A DNA stretch of 58,219 nt, filler included, from Dugesia japonica (Eukaryota): the NCBI GenBank assembly GCA_001938525.1. It is 5 parts of 5 records of this genome, joined end to end, with 100 filler letters (N's around TTAATTAATTAA, not from the genome) between each part and the next. Parts side by side here need not be neighbours in the genome. Positions count along the whole stretch, not along the records: positions 1 to 15,104 come from MQRL01585102.1; positions 15,205 to 24,574 come from MQRL01642795.1; positions 24,675 to 40,493 come from MQRL01533319.1; 2 more parts are not named here. One strand, 5' to 3'. Under the pieces are notes generated by a model. That model did not search any database. It saw nothing but the letters and a program-made list of their open reading frames with translations, and was not told the DNA's origin. The translations under genes were made by a program, and so were the position numbers. Positions 13,687 through 25,809 of the stretch are shown one piece after another (position 1 is the stretch's first letter; the number at the start of each line of letters is the position of its first letter).

Positions 13687-14222
13687 AATAGTTAAATATT
13701 TATAATAAATAAATGATATCATCACAAATGATGATGACATAATAAAATCGATCAAAGCTTTTATATAAATAAAGTCATGATAACGATCACATAATAATTA
13801 AACTATGTTTATTAAAAGGTCATCTCAAATTTATTATATAGATAAGATGTTGATGATACTGATGATCATGACATAATAAATATAATAAATAATCATAAGT
13901 AATGATTATTATAATGATAATTAAGTTCACCATATTTATATAATATAAATAATTTCATATAATATTAAGTTTATTGTTATTTAATAAATTAAGATAATAA
14001 TAATGTTGGGTTACTAGGCTTTTGATGATACCTAGTGACCACAGAAATTTGTGATGTCTACTCCTATATCACGATCCTCCATTCCCGAGCTCAGCGAGAC
14101 TAGGCTGTATCTCGTCTTGATAGAAAGTTCTAATTGATGTTCATTCCTGCTCAGTGCAAACTGGTAAAATCTCGATGCTTATGTTAAGTAAATGAAAGCA
14201 AATTTTTTCAATATTTTATTGT

Positions 14223-14576
14223 CTACATTACAGTGAACCAAATATTGTCTCCTCCGTGATAACATTTTGATTCCGCTCGCCCCTTAACTCGATATTCCCT
14301 CCATAGTTGTTCGATATTTGTCAAAACCGCAGCTTCCCTATCTGCGTATGACTTGACGATATCTGCGAGCATTTGGTTGTTCGAGATGAGTGTGAGTTCC
14401 CTTCGTCGACTCACAATCAATCGTTCCCGTAATGCGGCGGATTTCTTGTTTGTGCTGCTGATGGTGTCCTTCAGTTCCTTTACTTCTTTCCGCAATTTTT
14501 TCGTTTCAGCTCGAAGTTTTTGCTGCTCCGTCAATAACTCCTCATGTGTTGGTCTCGTTATTCTGGTAGACATTCT
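14223..14576 (-). CDS. Small coiled-coil protein (about 116 aa, MSTRITRP...), function unknown
   Basis: Uninterrupted ORF in a GC-richer patch with heptad-like L/K/E periodicity. Acceptor-like ttatag precedes the ATG and AATAAA starts 3 nt after the stop. Confidence 0.55.
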   Translation of the reverse strand, partial: RMSTRITRPTHEELLTEQQKLRAETKKLRKEVKELKDTISSTNKKSAALRERLIVSRRRELTLISNNQMLADIVKSYADREAAVLTNIEQLWREYRVKGRAESKCYHGGDNIWFTVM

Positions 14577-14791
14577 ATAATTCACAAATAATTAATTGGA
14601 GGCAATTTCAATAAGGCTAATTATCTAATTAAAACTCTGAAATACTCATTTAATTTTGCTTTTTAGTTAGTTCATGTACATAAATTTTATCCTCATTTTA
14701 TTCCAACTATTTATAAGAAAATTCTTATTCAAATTAATCTACAAGCTGCAAAATATATTATCGTATATCACACATAAGTAAAACTCATTGT

Positions 14792-15078
14792 TATACGGCA
14801 GTTTCCTCTCCTTCTAACGAATCCAAATGTGCGACTAGATATGGCATTGTTTGCTCGATGTGTCTCTTTAGTCGCTTCCATGCTTGGATATGCGACAACA
14901 GTTGTATCTCATACACCTTGCCGTGTTCATTGATAGTCGGGGAAGTTTTAGATGTTTCGAAACTCGATATAAGAGATCGGCTAGAGCACTATCCTGTTGT
15001 AGGAGTTGTTCTTGAACTTCTGTCAATGGTGTTTTCAGCGTGTTGATCTCATTATTCTTACCTCGAATTTCACAGTCC
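14792..15078 (-). pseudogene. Second small helical/coiled-coil ORF, frameshifted, 5' end lost in gap
   Basis: DCEIRGKNNEINTLKTPLTEVQEQLLQQDSALADLLYRV, then in another frame TINEHGKVYEIQLLSHIQAWKRLKRHIEQTMPYLVAHLDSLEGEETAV*. Confidence 0.4.
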
Positions 15079-15148
15079 TCTATCGGCGTGATCTATCGGC
15101 GGCCNNNNNNNNNNNNNNNNNNNNNNNNNNNNNNNNNNNNNNNNNNNN

Positions 15149-15160
15149 TTAATTAATTAA
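15149..15160. other. Artificial contig spacer TTAATTAATTAA between N runs (also 24619-24630, 40538-40549, 48859-48870)
   Basis: The same 12-mer, with stops in all six frames, sits between equal N blocks four times. Confidence 0.95.
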
Positions 15161-15711
15161 NNNNNNNNNNNNNNNNNNNNNNNNNNNNNNNNNNNNNNNN
15201 NNNNCTGTCCTAAATAAATAAACAGTTGCACAATTCAAAAATTAAAAACTAAAATTTTGTTTTGATAAAATAATTTTTCTAATTATTATTAATTAATTAT
15301 TATTAATTTTTTACATTTTATTTGATAAAGTTTTTACTGAAGTGGTCAAATACTAAACAATTTTAAATGAACCGATTGTCCGAAATAAATAAATTAAAAA
15401 ACAAGATTATGGATAATATGTATGTTATCAGTGCCAATAAATTAACGATTTACAGAGTTTGTCTTGTGAAGTTACAACATATTTCTGACTTCTGAGTAGC
15501 GGGTAAAGTAGATAATTTGGTTTGCATAATAATTTCAATATTCAATAATGAATATTCAATATTCGATATTCGATATTCAATAATTTAAAAATATTGTAAA
15601 TATTAAAAAGGATATTTGGTTAATCATTGAACCACTACACTACACCGAAAATTTAATTGTTTTTCATAATTCAAATGTTTTCTATTTCATTCTTGTTTAA
15701 TAAAATAGCTA

Positions 15712-16969
15712 TTACGTTGGTAAGAAAATAATTGCGGTTTTATATAATATTAATTTAAAAGTAATTATTTAAAAGAACTATTTGTTTTTATATATTAATC
15801 CATGTCATTTTGAAGCGGATATTCAATTTTACATTATACAAGTAATATTTTATTTTTGTTATTATTGTGAAATATTATTTTTGGAAGACATGTTGGATAA
15901 ATATCAAATACTAGCAATATTCATATATGAATTTAAACTGGGGTTTAAAGCAGCAGACTCAGAAAGTCAGCAACACATTCGGCAACGAGACTGCAAAAGA
16001 AAGAACGGTGCAATTTTGGTTAAAGAAATTCAGGAGTAGAGATAAAAGCCTTGAAAATGGCGAAGGTTGGTGACGTCACCAACAGAAGTTAGCAAGGATG
16101 ATTTGAAGGTAATGATTGAAACAGGTCCACGCGCAACAACTCAAGAGCTTGGGAATAATGTAGGCGTAAGTCATGTAACAGCTTTAAACCACCTCCATCA
16201 ATTTGAAAAAGTAAGGATACTCGATAAATAGGTTCCGCATGAATTTAATGATTTTCAGGAAAACCGCCGTTACAGAATCTGCTCGGCGAATCTGTTTAGA
16301 AATAAAACCAATCCATTTCTTGATTGCATTGTGACTTGGGACAAAAAATGGATTAGATACGACAATACAAAGCAAGCATCGCAATGGTTTGACAAAGGCG
16401 AAGCACCATATCATTTTCCAAAGCCGAAATTGCATCAAAAAAAGACTGGTGACGGTTTGGTGGTCCACAGCCGGTCTAGTTTATTACAACTTTTTAAATC
16501 AAGGTAAAGTTACGACTGCAGAAAAGTATTGTCAAGAAATTAACGAAATGCACCGCAAATTGAAATCTATGTGCGCTGAATTAGTTAACAGAAAACATCC
16601 CATTGTTTCTCACGACAATGCCGGTCCACACGTCGCAAAATTATCCCTGCATAAACTAAATAATTCTGGCTCATTCACTATACTCCACGGACCTGTCGCC
16701 AACCGACTATCATTTCTTTTATCATCTCTCCAATTTTCTTCAAGAGTAAGTCTTCCATATCGACAACGATGTTAAAAATGCCTTCCTCGAGTTCCTCGAA
16801 TACATGACAGTGGATTCTATTACATTGGCATAAATAAAGTTATTTCTTGTTTGGAGAAATGTATTGATTGTAATGGTTCATATTTTGAATAAAATATCTT
16901 TATGGTTTTCGAGATTTTTAATTTTACTTTTATATGTTAAAAACCACAATTATTTTCTTACCAACCTAA
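15712..16969 (+). mobile_element. Full-length mariner (cecropia/Hsmar1-like, DD34D) with decayed transposase at 15890-16892
   Basis: TIRs ttacgttggtaagaaaataattgcggtttt / aaaaccacaattattttcttaccaacctaa with TA TSDs. Motifs MLDKYQILAIFIYEFKLGFKAA, VPHE, TVWW, HDNAGPH, SPTDYHF and GSYFE*. Confidence 0.95.
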
Positions 16970-17511
16970 TATGTAATATTTAATTTTTGCAATTATAGTA
17001 TTTTTATTTTTTAAAATTATTTAAATATCTATTTGTTTACTTGTTTATTAAGAATTTATTAATTGTTAACGAAATCTAGTACGTTTTCTCCCATTATTTT
17101 ATAAGCGTACGGATATCTCATACAGCATAAAATAAAAATAGTCAAATACAAACAACAAACAACAAAAAATAAAACTAAATTTAATTTGTAAATTATAGAA
17201 TTATGATCACTAATAAAAACTATAACGAAATGTCATAACAATTTTATGTGAATGTTTATTTCGATATTTCCAAATATTTCATTTCATTCAAAATATAATC
17301 TGAAGTGAAAATCTATTTTTAGAAATTTCCTTTAATAGTAATATTGAAAATAATATTTTATCATCGAAAAATTCTAATAATTAGTCATAGAATTTATCAG
17401 AAAAAAATAATATTTGTTTTAATTATAGTAGAATAATGAATTTGAATTGACTACTAATTTTATTTAAAAATAAACAGTTTTAATTACCATTTATTATTAT
17501 CATTATTATTA

Positions 17512-17564
<53 letters not shown>

Positions 17565-17640
17565 NNNNNNNNNNNNNNNNNNNNNNNNNNNNNNNNNNNN
17601 NNNNNNNNNNNNNNNNNNNNNNNNNNNNNNNNNNNNNNNN

Positions 17641-17710
<70 letters not shown>

Positions 17711-17819
17711 AACCGAATTTTTCATGGTTTTTTAAATACAGATAGAGTATGGCTTCAAATAACACGAAGAGTTTTGGCTGTTTTTATATCTGCATGCATT
17801 TCAAACATTACTTTTACGT

Positions 17820-18190
17820 TATAAGATGTCAAAATAGTGATAAAAGCAACTAAAAAGAAGAGAATAAAATTAGAAGCTAGTTTCTATGAAGTCATATTCC
17901 CAAATATATGTGGATAAATGTGGGAAACAAGCAGACAGATAAAATACATTCTGGAAATAATAGATCAGTTCAGTAAATATCGGTTTTTAGACAAGACACG
18001 TGAACAATACAAAAATCAATTTTTATGAAGTGAATATTGAGATTTAGATATCCAAGAGAGATTAGACCTGATTGTGGAAAAGCCTTTTATTCTGGAGTTA
18101 TAAGTGTGTTTGCACTGAAGTTAGATATTAAACATTGCTTTTCGAATCCTTATCATCATAGTGTAAACAGGCCAATCAAAAGACAGTTAA
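17820..18190 (+). mobile_element. Ty3/gypsy integrase relic
   Basis: QIYVDKCG, YILEIIDQFSKY, DCGKAF and CFSNPYHHSVN parallel the integrase at 34.1-34.6 kb. Confidence 0.7.
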
Positions 18191-18559
18191 AAATTAAATT
18201 TTAAAATAATATAAAATCACTTCAAAAGAAATGGACAAGTTCTCTGTAATAATCTTACGAGTTCAATATATATTGTATTATTTATTACAATTATCTGGTT
18301 TTCTATTTTACCACAAAATAATATAATTTTAATTTAGTAATTTTCACATAATATTATTAAACAACAATGTATAATAATTGGGAAAATTTGTAGTTACTCT
18401 ATCTTCAACATCTGTTTTTATAATAATATAATACGCGGAATAAAAATTTATTATATATTAAAACAAATAACTTAACTATTTAATGTAATTAATAATTCAC
18501 TATAATACACTATTATCTACAATGAAAACAAGATACTTTTTATGATACTCATTTTTGTC

Positions 18560-19450
18560 CAAAATTTCAAGGTCTATGACAATTTGCTCAAGTAAATTAC
18601 GAATATGTCTAGGAATAAGAGTTTTGTTAGTACCACTTTGAGTAATTTTTCTTTTAGCAAAAACTATACATTGTTATAAACACGCTTGTATTGTATTAAT
18701 TTATCCTTAAGTAATTAATTATCTTTTTATTCCAAGATGGCATAAATCATTGGGTATCATTATAACTAATTCATTAGCAAAATTTTTTGATACTAAAATC
18801 ATCAATAATTTTCAAATTTTCTTTACTTTTATATAAATAACTATTTTAAAAGAATTTTGAGCGTTCCGTAATTTCGCTAATTAGGTACCTATAAATTTCG
18901 TTAAAATCTGTGTCATTATTCTGACTAATCTTAATAATGTCCAAAAAATTCAAAGTTTGATCCAAATCATTTATGTATGTAACTTTTGACTTACTACTTT
19001 TGGCACCTTTGTGTTTCGTTTCATTTTGTGAACATAAAACANAAGAGATCTTGATATAGCATCTGAATTATTAGTCGGTCTAAGTTAATATTTTGAAATT
19101 TAATCATATTCTTATGTTCTTCTTTACTTTTTTCCAAAAACAAATCTTTGGAATATTCAATGAAAAGTTGCATTTCTGGAAAATATTATTCTCAAAGTTA
19201 TTTTGAATAGCTTCTTCAATTTAAGCTTCTAAGTTCATTGGTTGCTTGTATAATTATAAATGGATTGATTCACCACTTGTAATTATTTTGTGTTTTGTCA
19301 GATGTGTGCATCCTACATCCCAATAATCTGCCATGAAAAAAACTTTTCTTTTTCTAATTATTTTCAATAACCGTTGATCGTCTCCAACCTTCAGAGTATT
19401 TAAGACTCTTGTTAATCGCTCTTCAATTTTTATTTGTCTCCCAAATTTGG
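18560..19450 (-). mobile_element. Ty3/gypsy RT-RNase H relic
   Basis: MADYWDVGCTHLTKHKIITSGESI...KQPMNLE is homologous to MADNWDIGRTTIAEHQIITNGEPI...RQPMHLE at 36.3 kb. Confidence 0.75.
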
Positions 19451-19504
19451 CTTCAATAATACTAACTTTTTCATTTGTTTTACTATTTACTTTTTGTATT
19501 TAAG

Positions 19505-19641
19505 GCTCCTGCATACCTATTCATGTAATCAGATCTGGTGTCACTTATCAAACAGCTGGTGAAAATGGTGCATTTGAAGATGTCTTTCCAATGAATTCCA
19601 TTTCCGAATCAGAGAATTTTCTTAAATGGATTTCAAACATG
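19505..19641 (+). CDS. Putative orphan internal exon, product unknown
   Basis: Pyrimidine tract plus AG, gtattt donor, open as SCIPIHVIRSGVTYQTAGENGAFEDVFPMNSISESENFLKWISNM. Confidence 0.4.
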
Positions 19642-20033
19642 GTATTTGGATTTGAATGATACTTTATTGTATATTTAAGTAAAGGTAACTAATAAGCATG
19701 ACAAGGCATTAGTTGACACTCATGATGCCATTTCTAGTAACTATATCTTGCATACTATTTTTAAGGATGTAATGTATTCATTTAATAATTTCAAAATTGA
19801 AAGTGGAATTGTGTCTTATATTCAAAAAAGCATTTATTTAAACTATTATAAATTAAAATTGGTTATGGTAAGAATATCTGCATTACAACAAATATTCATG
19901 TTATGCATTTTATTTCACAATTATCAAATAAATCAAATTCAAATAAAAATAAAGTAAAAATAAACAATTGTACAAAACTAATTATTTAAATCCATTTCTA
20001 TTCGATGAAATTATTAATTACGATTTCCTTATA

Positions 20034-20314
20034 CAGGGTGTTAGTTAAACATGGGGCAAAAATTTAAGGAATTATTCCTTGCCTTATTTTATGAATAATT
20101 ATATGGTAACATTTTTTTCTAGGTCNTCTCGTTTCAAAGATACACACATTTAAAGATTTTAAAAACACAAACAATTTCAATGCGCATAATATAGAATTGC
20201 ATCCAACATAAATAAAAAAAAATCATTTTAAAAAGATATAATGATATATTTGTATGTATAAACATCCAAGGAATAATCACTTACATTTTTGCCACATGTT
20301 TAACTAACATCCTG
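20034..20314. mobile_element. Tc1/mariner-type MITE
   Basis: TIRs cagggtgttagttaaacatggggcaaaaa / tttttgccacatgtttaactaacatcctg; TA on the left flank. Confidence 0.85.
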
Positions 20315-20369
20315 CATATAGTATTATATTGTGCATTATTGTAATATATTGGGTTTTTTTCCGTTTCCT

Positions 20370-20680
20370 AATTACTGACTTTTAATAGTTTTTATTTATT
20401 TTCGCATGAAAAAACGTATATTTAACGTGCACGTGATAGGAGTATTTTATGTATAATACTACGTCATTTTTACAATTACTTTTATTATTAATTAATTTTA
20501 AAAACAGGGATCTATTAATTTTTTTAATCATTTTTAAAATTATTTGGTTGTTATTTTTATTTTTTTTTATTATTTATATTTTGTTATTTTTTTGTTTTAA
20601 GTTAAACNNAGAATTATATTCATTTTGAAATAAACTTTTTTTTCAGATGAGTAATAAAAACTGTAAAAAAGTCAGTAATT
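20370..20680. mobile_element. MITE-like element with inverted ends
   Basis: aattactgacttttaatagtttttatt versus aataaaaactgtaaaaaagtcagtaatt. Confidence 0.6.
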
Positions 20681-21711
20681 TTATTGATAATAGATTTCAT
20701 TTTTAATAATTCTTTATGATCAATCTTTATTTTGTATTAAAAACTGTAGAACTTGTTGAATTTCTATAATTCTTTTTTTAGACACAAATAAATACGCTTA
20801 ATTTTAAGATGAATGTAATTAAGTAAAATATTTTTCAAACAATATTTATTTAATAATATTGAAATAATCAAATATCTCAAATTATTTATAAAAATAAAAT
20901 AGGAACTATTTCTAATTAAATTTTCTTTTTACTAAAATTATTTGTGTTAAACAATATGGGTATTTAAAATATATATTTCTATTCCGGCATATTTTAATAT
21001 TAATTTATTAACATAATAGATTTTATCACAAATGCCAACTCAATATATTTATACTTAATTTATAATTTAATTATATATTCTTTTTATTTGATACTGATAG
21101 AAATAACTTTGAAAAGATAAGATTTTTATTTCATTTATATTACAATAAATATGATAAAATAGGCTTTAATAGACCAATCATTACCATCTGCTGTTAAAAG
21201 AAATTAACAGAAGAAACATATTGTTAATAACAGCAAATTACTCTTCCAATGTGATTAATTATTTAAATTAATAATTAATTAGTTAATTAATTCATTTTTA
21301 TTTTAAAAAAATTAATGAAGAATTATTTGTGAAATAAAAAAAGAATATATTTTTTCTATTATCATAAAATTGAAAACAATGAACATTATTTTATATTAAA
21401 AATATAATCAAAAAATAAATATTGTTAATTAAAGTAACAAAAAGAACAGATCAACAATAAAACTTTAATTTCTAGTCATATATCTTAATTTTAATATTTA
21501 CAATTGAATGTTTAAATAGAATTTTAAAAATTTTAATTTCTATAACAAATAATAAGAATAAATTATTCTTAATAATTATTATAACATTATTTCAATTCAA
21601 ATTAAACATTTCGTGCATTGTATTGGTGATTTATCACGATTTTGTCAATTATTAACTATAATTATTAATAAGCGATTCAAAATAATACTAATAACAATAA
21701 TAATAATAATG

Positions 21712-21762
<51 letters not shown>

Positions 21763-21812
21763 NNNNNNNNNNNNNNNNNNNNNNNNNNNNNNNNNNNNNN
21801 NNNNNNNNNNNN

Positions 21813-21881
<69 letters not shown>

Positions 21882-22126
21882 TCTCATAGAATGACCTCTA
21901 GAACAACTCATGATTACAACAAACATCTCATAGTTTGAACCCTATAGCAGCTAATATTTAAGCCACTCAAGGGTATTTTGCTTAAATATCTAAGAATCTG
22001 AATAATATGATTAATTTAAACAAAAAATAGTCTTTTCTACGAAGAAACCTAAAATTAATCAATATTTACACTTTTTTTAAATGAAAGTTTTAAAATCTTT
22101 CAAAATTAATGTAACCTAGAAGCGTA

Positions 22127-22323
22127 TAATATTGCCCTAGGAGCCACTAATTTTATTATTGCTTGAGGAGCCAATAATATCAATATTGCTCGAGAAGCCG
22201 ATAAAGTAATTATTACCCGAGGAACCATTAATTTTAATACTGCTCGTGGAACCACTAATATTACTATTGCCTGATGACATATAATGTTAATTTTACCTGG
22301 CGCCATTAATGTTAACATGACCC
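22127..22323 (+). repeat. Diverged 27-nt tandem repeat reading as 9-aa units
   Basis: NIALGATNF IIA*GANNI NIAREADKV IITRGTINF NTARGTTNI TIA*. Confidence 0.8.
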
Positions 22324-22719
22324 GAAAGAAATTTACTTTTCAAAAGAACAATAGTTGTTATGTAATAATTTCGTTTTCATCATATTATAATGATGCCATC
22401 ATTATGTCACCATTACGTACTTCATACACAAAGCATTTCGACAGAAAATTATTTGTATTAAATGAATACAAATCATTGTGTGATATCGGATTCGGAAAAA
22501 GGGAAGTGCAATGAAGGAATAAGAGAAAATTATGGAAGGTCTAAGAGAAATCGTAATAGTGGTTACCGAAAGATTTCAAATTGTCAATTAAGAAAAATGT
22601 GTACAATTTGAAGTGATCAAACATTATTACACAATCGATTCCTCAAATATATTTGTTACTGTCTTTTTTTGTTGAAACAGTATATTTTATGCTTAACTCT
22701 ATTTAAAATCTAATAATAA

Positions 22720-22750
<31 letters not shown>

Positions 22751-23005
22751 ATCAAATATAATAAAAATAATCTAAAAAAATGACAATTTTTTAATAAAAT
22801 CTTTGAAACGCCATTACAATATATATTTCTGTTTTACATGTTTTGACAGCATATTTGTCATCTTCGGATACAATAATTTAATTCTTTTTTTGAAAATTAT
22901 TTATTGAAACAATATTTATTTCTTTTTCATTTTTTTAAAATAATATTACATATAAAAAATATTGGGATCATGTAAACAATTATGCAATCTCTCTAATAGA
23001 TCAAA

Positions 23006-23345
23006 TTAATTAAAAACATTTAATAAAGATTTAGAAAGATCAGTTTGAACATTAATTTTTGGATCAATTGATCTAATCATCAATGCTTTACACATGGCTC
23101 TTACACAATAATCTTTAATGATTTTGCACAAAATTTTAAAATTATTTATACTGATAACTGATTTGTAATTAATGTTATGTTCAGCAATATTATTTATATT
23201 AACCAACTCGAAGATGTTCTTGAATTGTTGTACAGAGAAAACAGGAAGTCTCTCCAATGTATGTGGCATTACGCCCATTACATTCATCTTTATAGACAAT
23301 ATCAGAACACAATTACATTGGTGTTTTAGATTTATTACTAAACAT
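23006..23345 (-). mobile_element. Penelope-like element, GIY-YIG endonuclease 3' end
   Basis: SDIVYKDECNGRNATYIGETSCFLCTTIQEHLR, then after a frameshift IAEH...NNFKIL...KALMIRSIDPKINVQ. Confidence 0.85.
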
Positions 23346-23352
23346 ATTTATT

Positions 23353-23857
23353 AATTTTACAAAACTTCGGTCCTTTCAAAATTCTTTTATTTTTATATAA
23401 TCAAAATCAAAATACAAGACCATTACTCTTAAAAATTTACAAAATTTAATTAGTTTTTTGGTTTTTTAAGATTTTTTACAATATTAAAATCACCTTTACT
23501 TTGTTTAAAGTTTTTATTTAAATATTCATTAGAAAATTTTAGTAACGCGTGTTTTAAATTTCCAAAATTAAAATCAAAACTTTCTCATTCAAATTTAGTC
23601 AAATAAAAATTAAAAAATGACTCAATTTTAGATTGAAATTGAAATTTATCAATCCTTTTTCTATTACCGAATTTAGGTCCAAATTTTAATAAATTTATTT
23701 CATCATCCGATAAAACTATATCAATGAAATTCAACGGACTATTTTTAATATCAAATTTAAAAACACCAAAATCTTTCTTAAATTACAAATCTTTTTATTT
23801 TGTGTAAATTTAAGTAAAATATAAGTGGTTTTGAAAGGACCACAATTTTGTAAAATT
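23353..23857. mobile_element. AT-rich MITE between the two Penelope pieces
   Basis: Inverted repeats aattttacaaaacttcggtcctttcaaaa / ttttgaaaggaccacaattttgtaaaatt. Confidence 0.7.
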
Positions 23858-23899
23858 ATTAATTTCGTAAAAATGGTAAATTGCCACCAATCAAAGGCG

Positions 23900-24574
23900 T
23901 AGAAAGTTTGAATGGTTTATTAAAAAATTAACCAGTGATAAGCGTCTTGATTCTGAATTGTATAAGATTCTTAAGGTGGTTGGTTCATAGTTAGCTAAGT
24001 TGTATGGTCTTCCAAAAGTCTATAGGAGTAATGTTCCTATAAGACCAGTGTTATTTATGATTCACACAGCTCAGTATAATTTTGCTAAATTTTTAGGTAC
24101 GAAAATTAAACCTTTGATTGATTCCAAATATGAATGCAAGGATAGCTTTGATTTTTGCAACGTTATTTCTACATCTGAAGGTGGTCGTAGTACTGAATGT
24201 ATGGTGTCCTTTGATATTGTTAGTTTATTTAAAATCATCTATTAGGTAAAACCATTAATCTTTGTTGTGAATTATGCTGAAAAAATTTGTCTGAGCATAA
24301 TTTGTTAAGTGTGACTGCATGTAGGGAAGTTCTGAGCCTTGCTACGTCTAATATACATTTTTTGTTTAATGATGAATGGTACAAACAAAGTGATGGAGTG
24401 GTTATGGTTTCACCTCTTGCTCCTAATTTAGCTTCTTTGTTTTTGGCAAATATTGAGGAAATGATTGATTTGTTTATTAGAAATATATGTGGATGATATA
24501 TTTCTGATGTTTAATAACCAACTAGATATTGACTTATTCCAAAGGAATATATGAATTCATAGCATAGCAACATT
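23900..24574 (+). mobile_element. Penelope-like reverse transcriptase, decayed, truncated by gap
   Basis: LYGLPKV..PIRP, MVSFDIVSLF, FLFNDEWYKQSDGV.M.SPLAP.LA.LF and YVDDIF. Confidence 0.92.
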
Positions 24575-25809
24575 NNNNNNNNNNNNNNNNNNNNNNNNNN
24601 NNNNNNNNNNNNNNNNNNTTAATTAATTAANNNNNNNNNNNNNNNNNNNNNNNNNNNNNNNNNNNNNNNNNNNNAAAATGAATAAATTTATAAAATATCT
24701 TAACAGAAAAATAAAATTATTTTGAGAAATTTAATTTCCGTAATTAATTACAATTTGTAATTTTATATTATTTCAACATTATGAAAATTATTCCTCTTTT
24801 GTTACTTGTTAATATTGCATTTCCTAAACATAATAATTTAAAATCTTACTAATCACAAATTCATTAAAATAAAATCGAGAAGATTTTGTTTATAAATTAT
24901 CTTTTAGTCAGTTTTGTGTGTATGTGTGTGCTTGGAAAAATTTGATAATTAATATTTGAGAATTTAAAAATCTATTCAAAATTTTTAATTAAACTTTATT
25001 GATTAAATTAAATCTCGTGGTCTAGACACTACTGACAAATACATTCAACAGTTTCACAGATATAACAGTAAATTTTCAAATAAATTTCTTAATTATAATT
25101 GAATTATTCATTGTATTTTTCTTGCTTGAACCATTCAAATTTAATAATTTCTTTAAAAAATTTTTTTAATTAAATTGATAAAAGAAAACATTTTTTCAAA
25201 AAAAAATTCATAGAAAACAAATTTAATACGCTGCGTTTGATTAAAACATATATTTAGTCATTAGCTGAATTCATTTTCAATTAGTCAGATTATTTTTCTA
25301 ATCGACATTATTAAGAATTGAGATTTAAATTTAAATTTCTTATTAATTATTAAAATTATTGTTTCAATAAATAACTATCAATATAAGTTTGGTTTAATTT
25401 AATTGAATAAAACTTTAATTTTAATATGAAAATTTTAATGAAACTAAAATTTAGGTATCTCAACATTTTAAAATGAAAATAAAATAAAATTTATGAAACG
25501 CAATAAAGTTCTTTTCAATTTATTTAAATAATTGAATGTAAAAATATTTGTAAAAATATTAATATTTCTTTAAAATTTAATTCAATTAATGAATATTTTG
25601 GAATTAATGAATAAATTTTGACAGTTATTTTTAAAAGAATATTTTAAATTTTTTTCAGGAAATATTTAAAATAATAGTTTCAATAAATATATTAAATGAA
25701 ATTTTCGTATTTTGAAAATATTTGCTTAAAAATTTTTGAATAAATGAATACATAATATTTCAACTTTCAAGAATCAAAATTCAAAATTTAGCGTTCATTG
25801 AAACAACAC

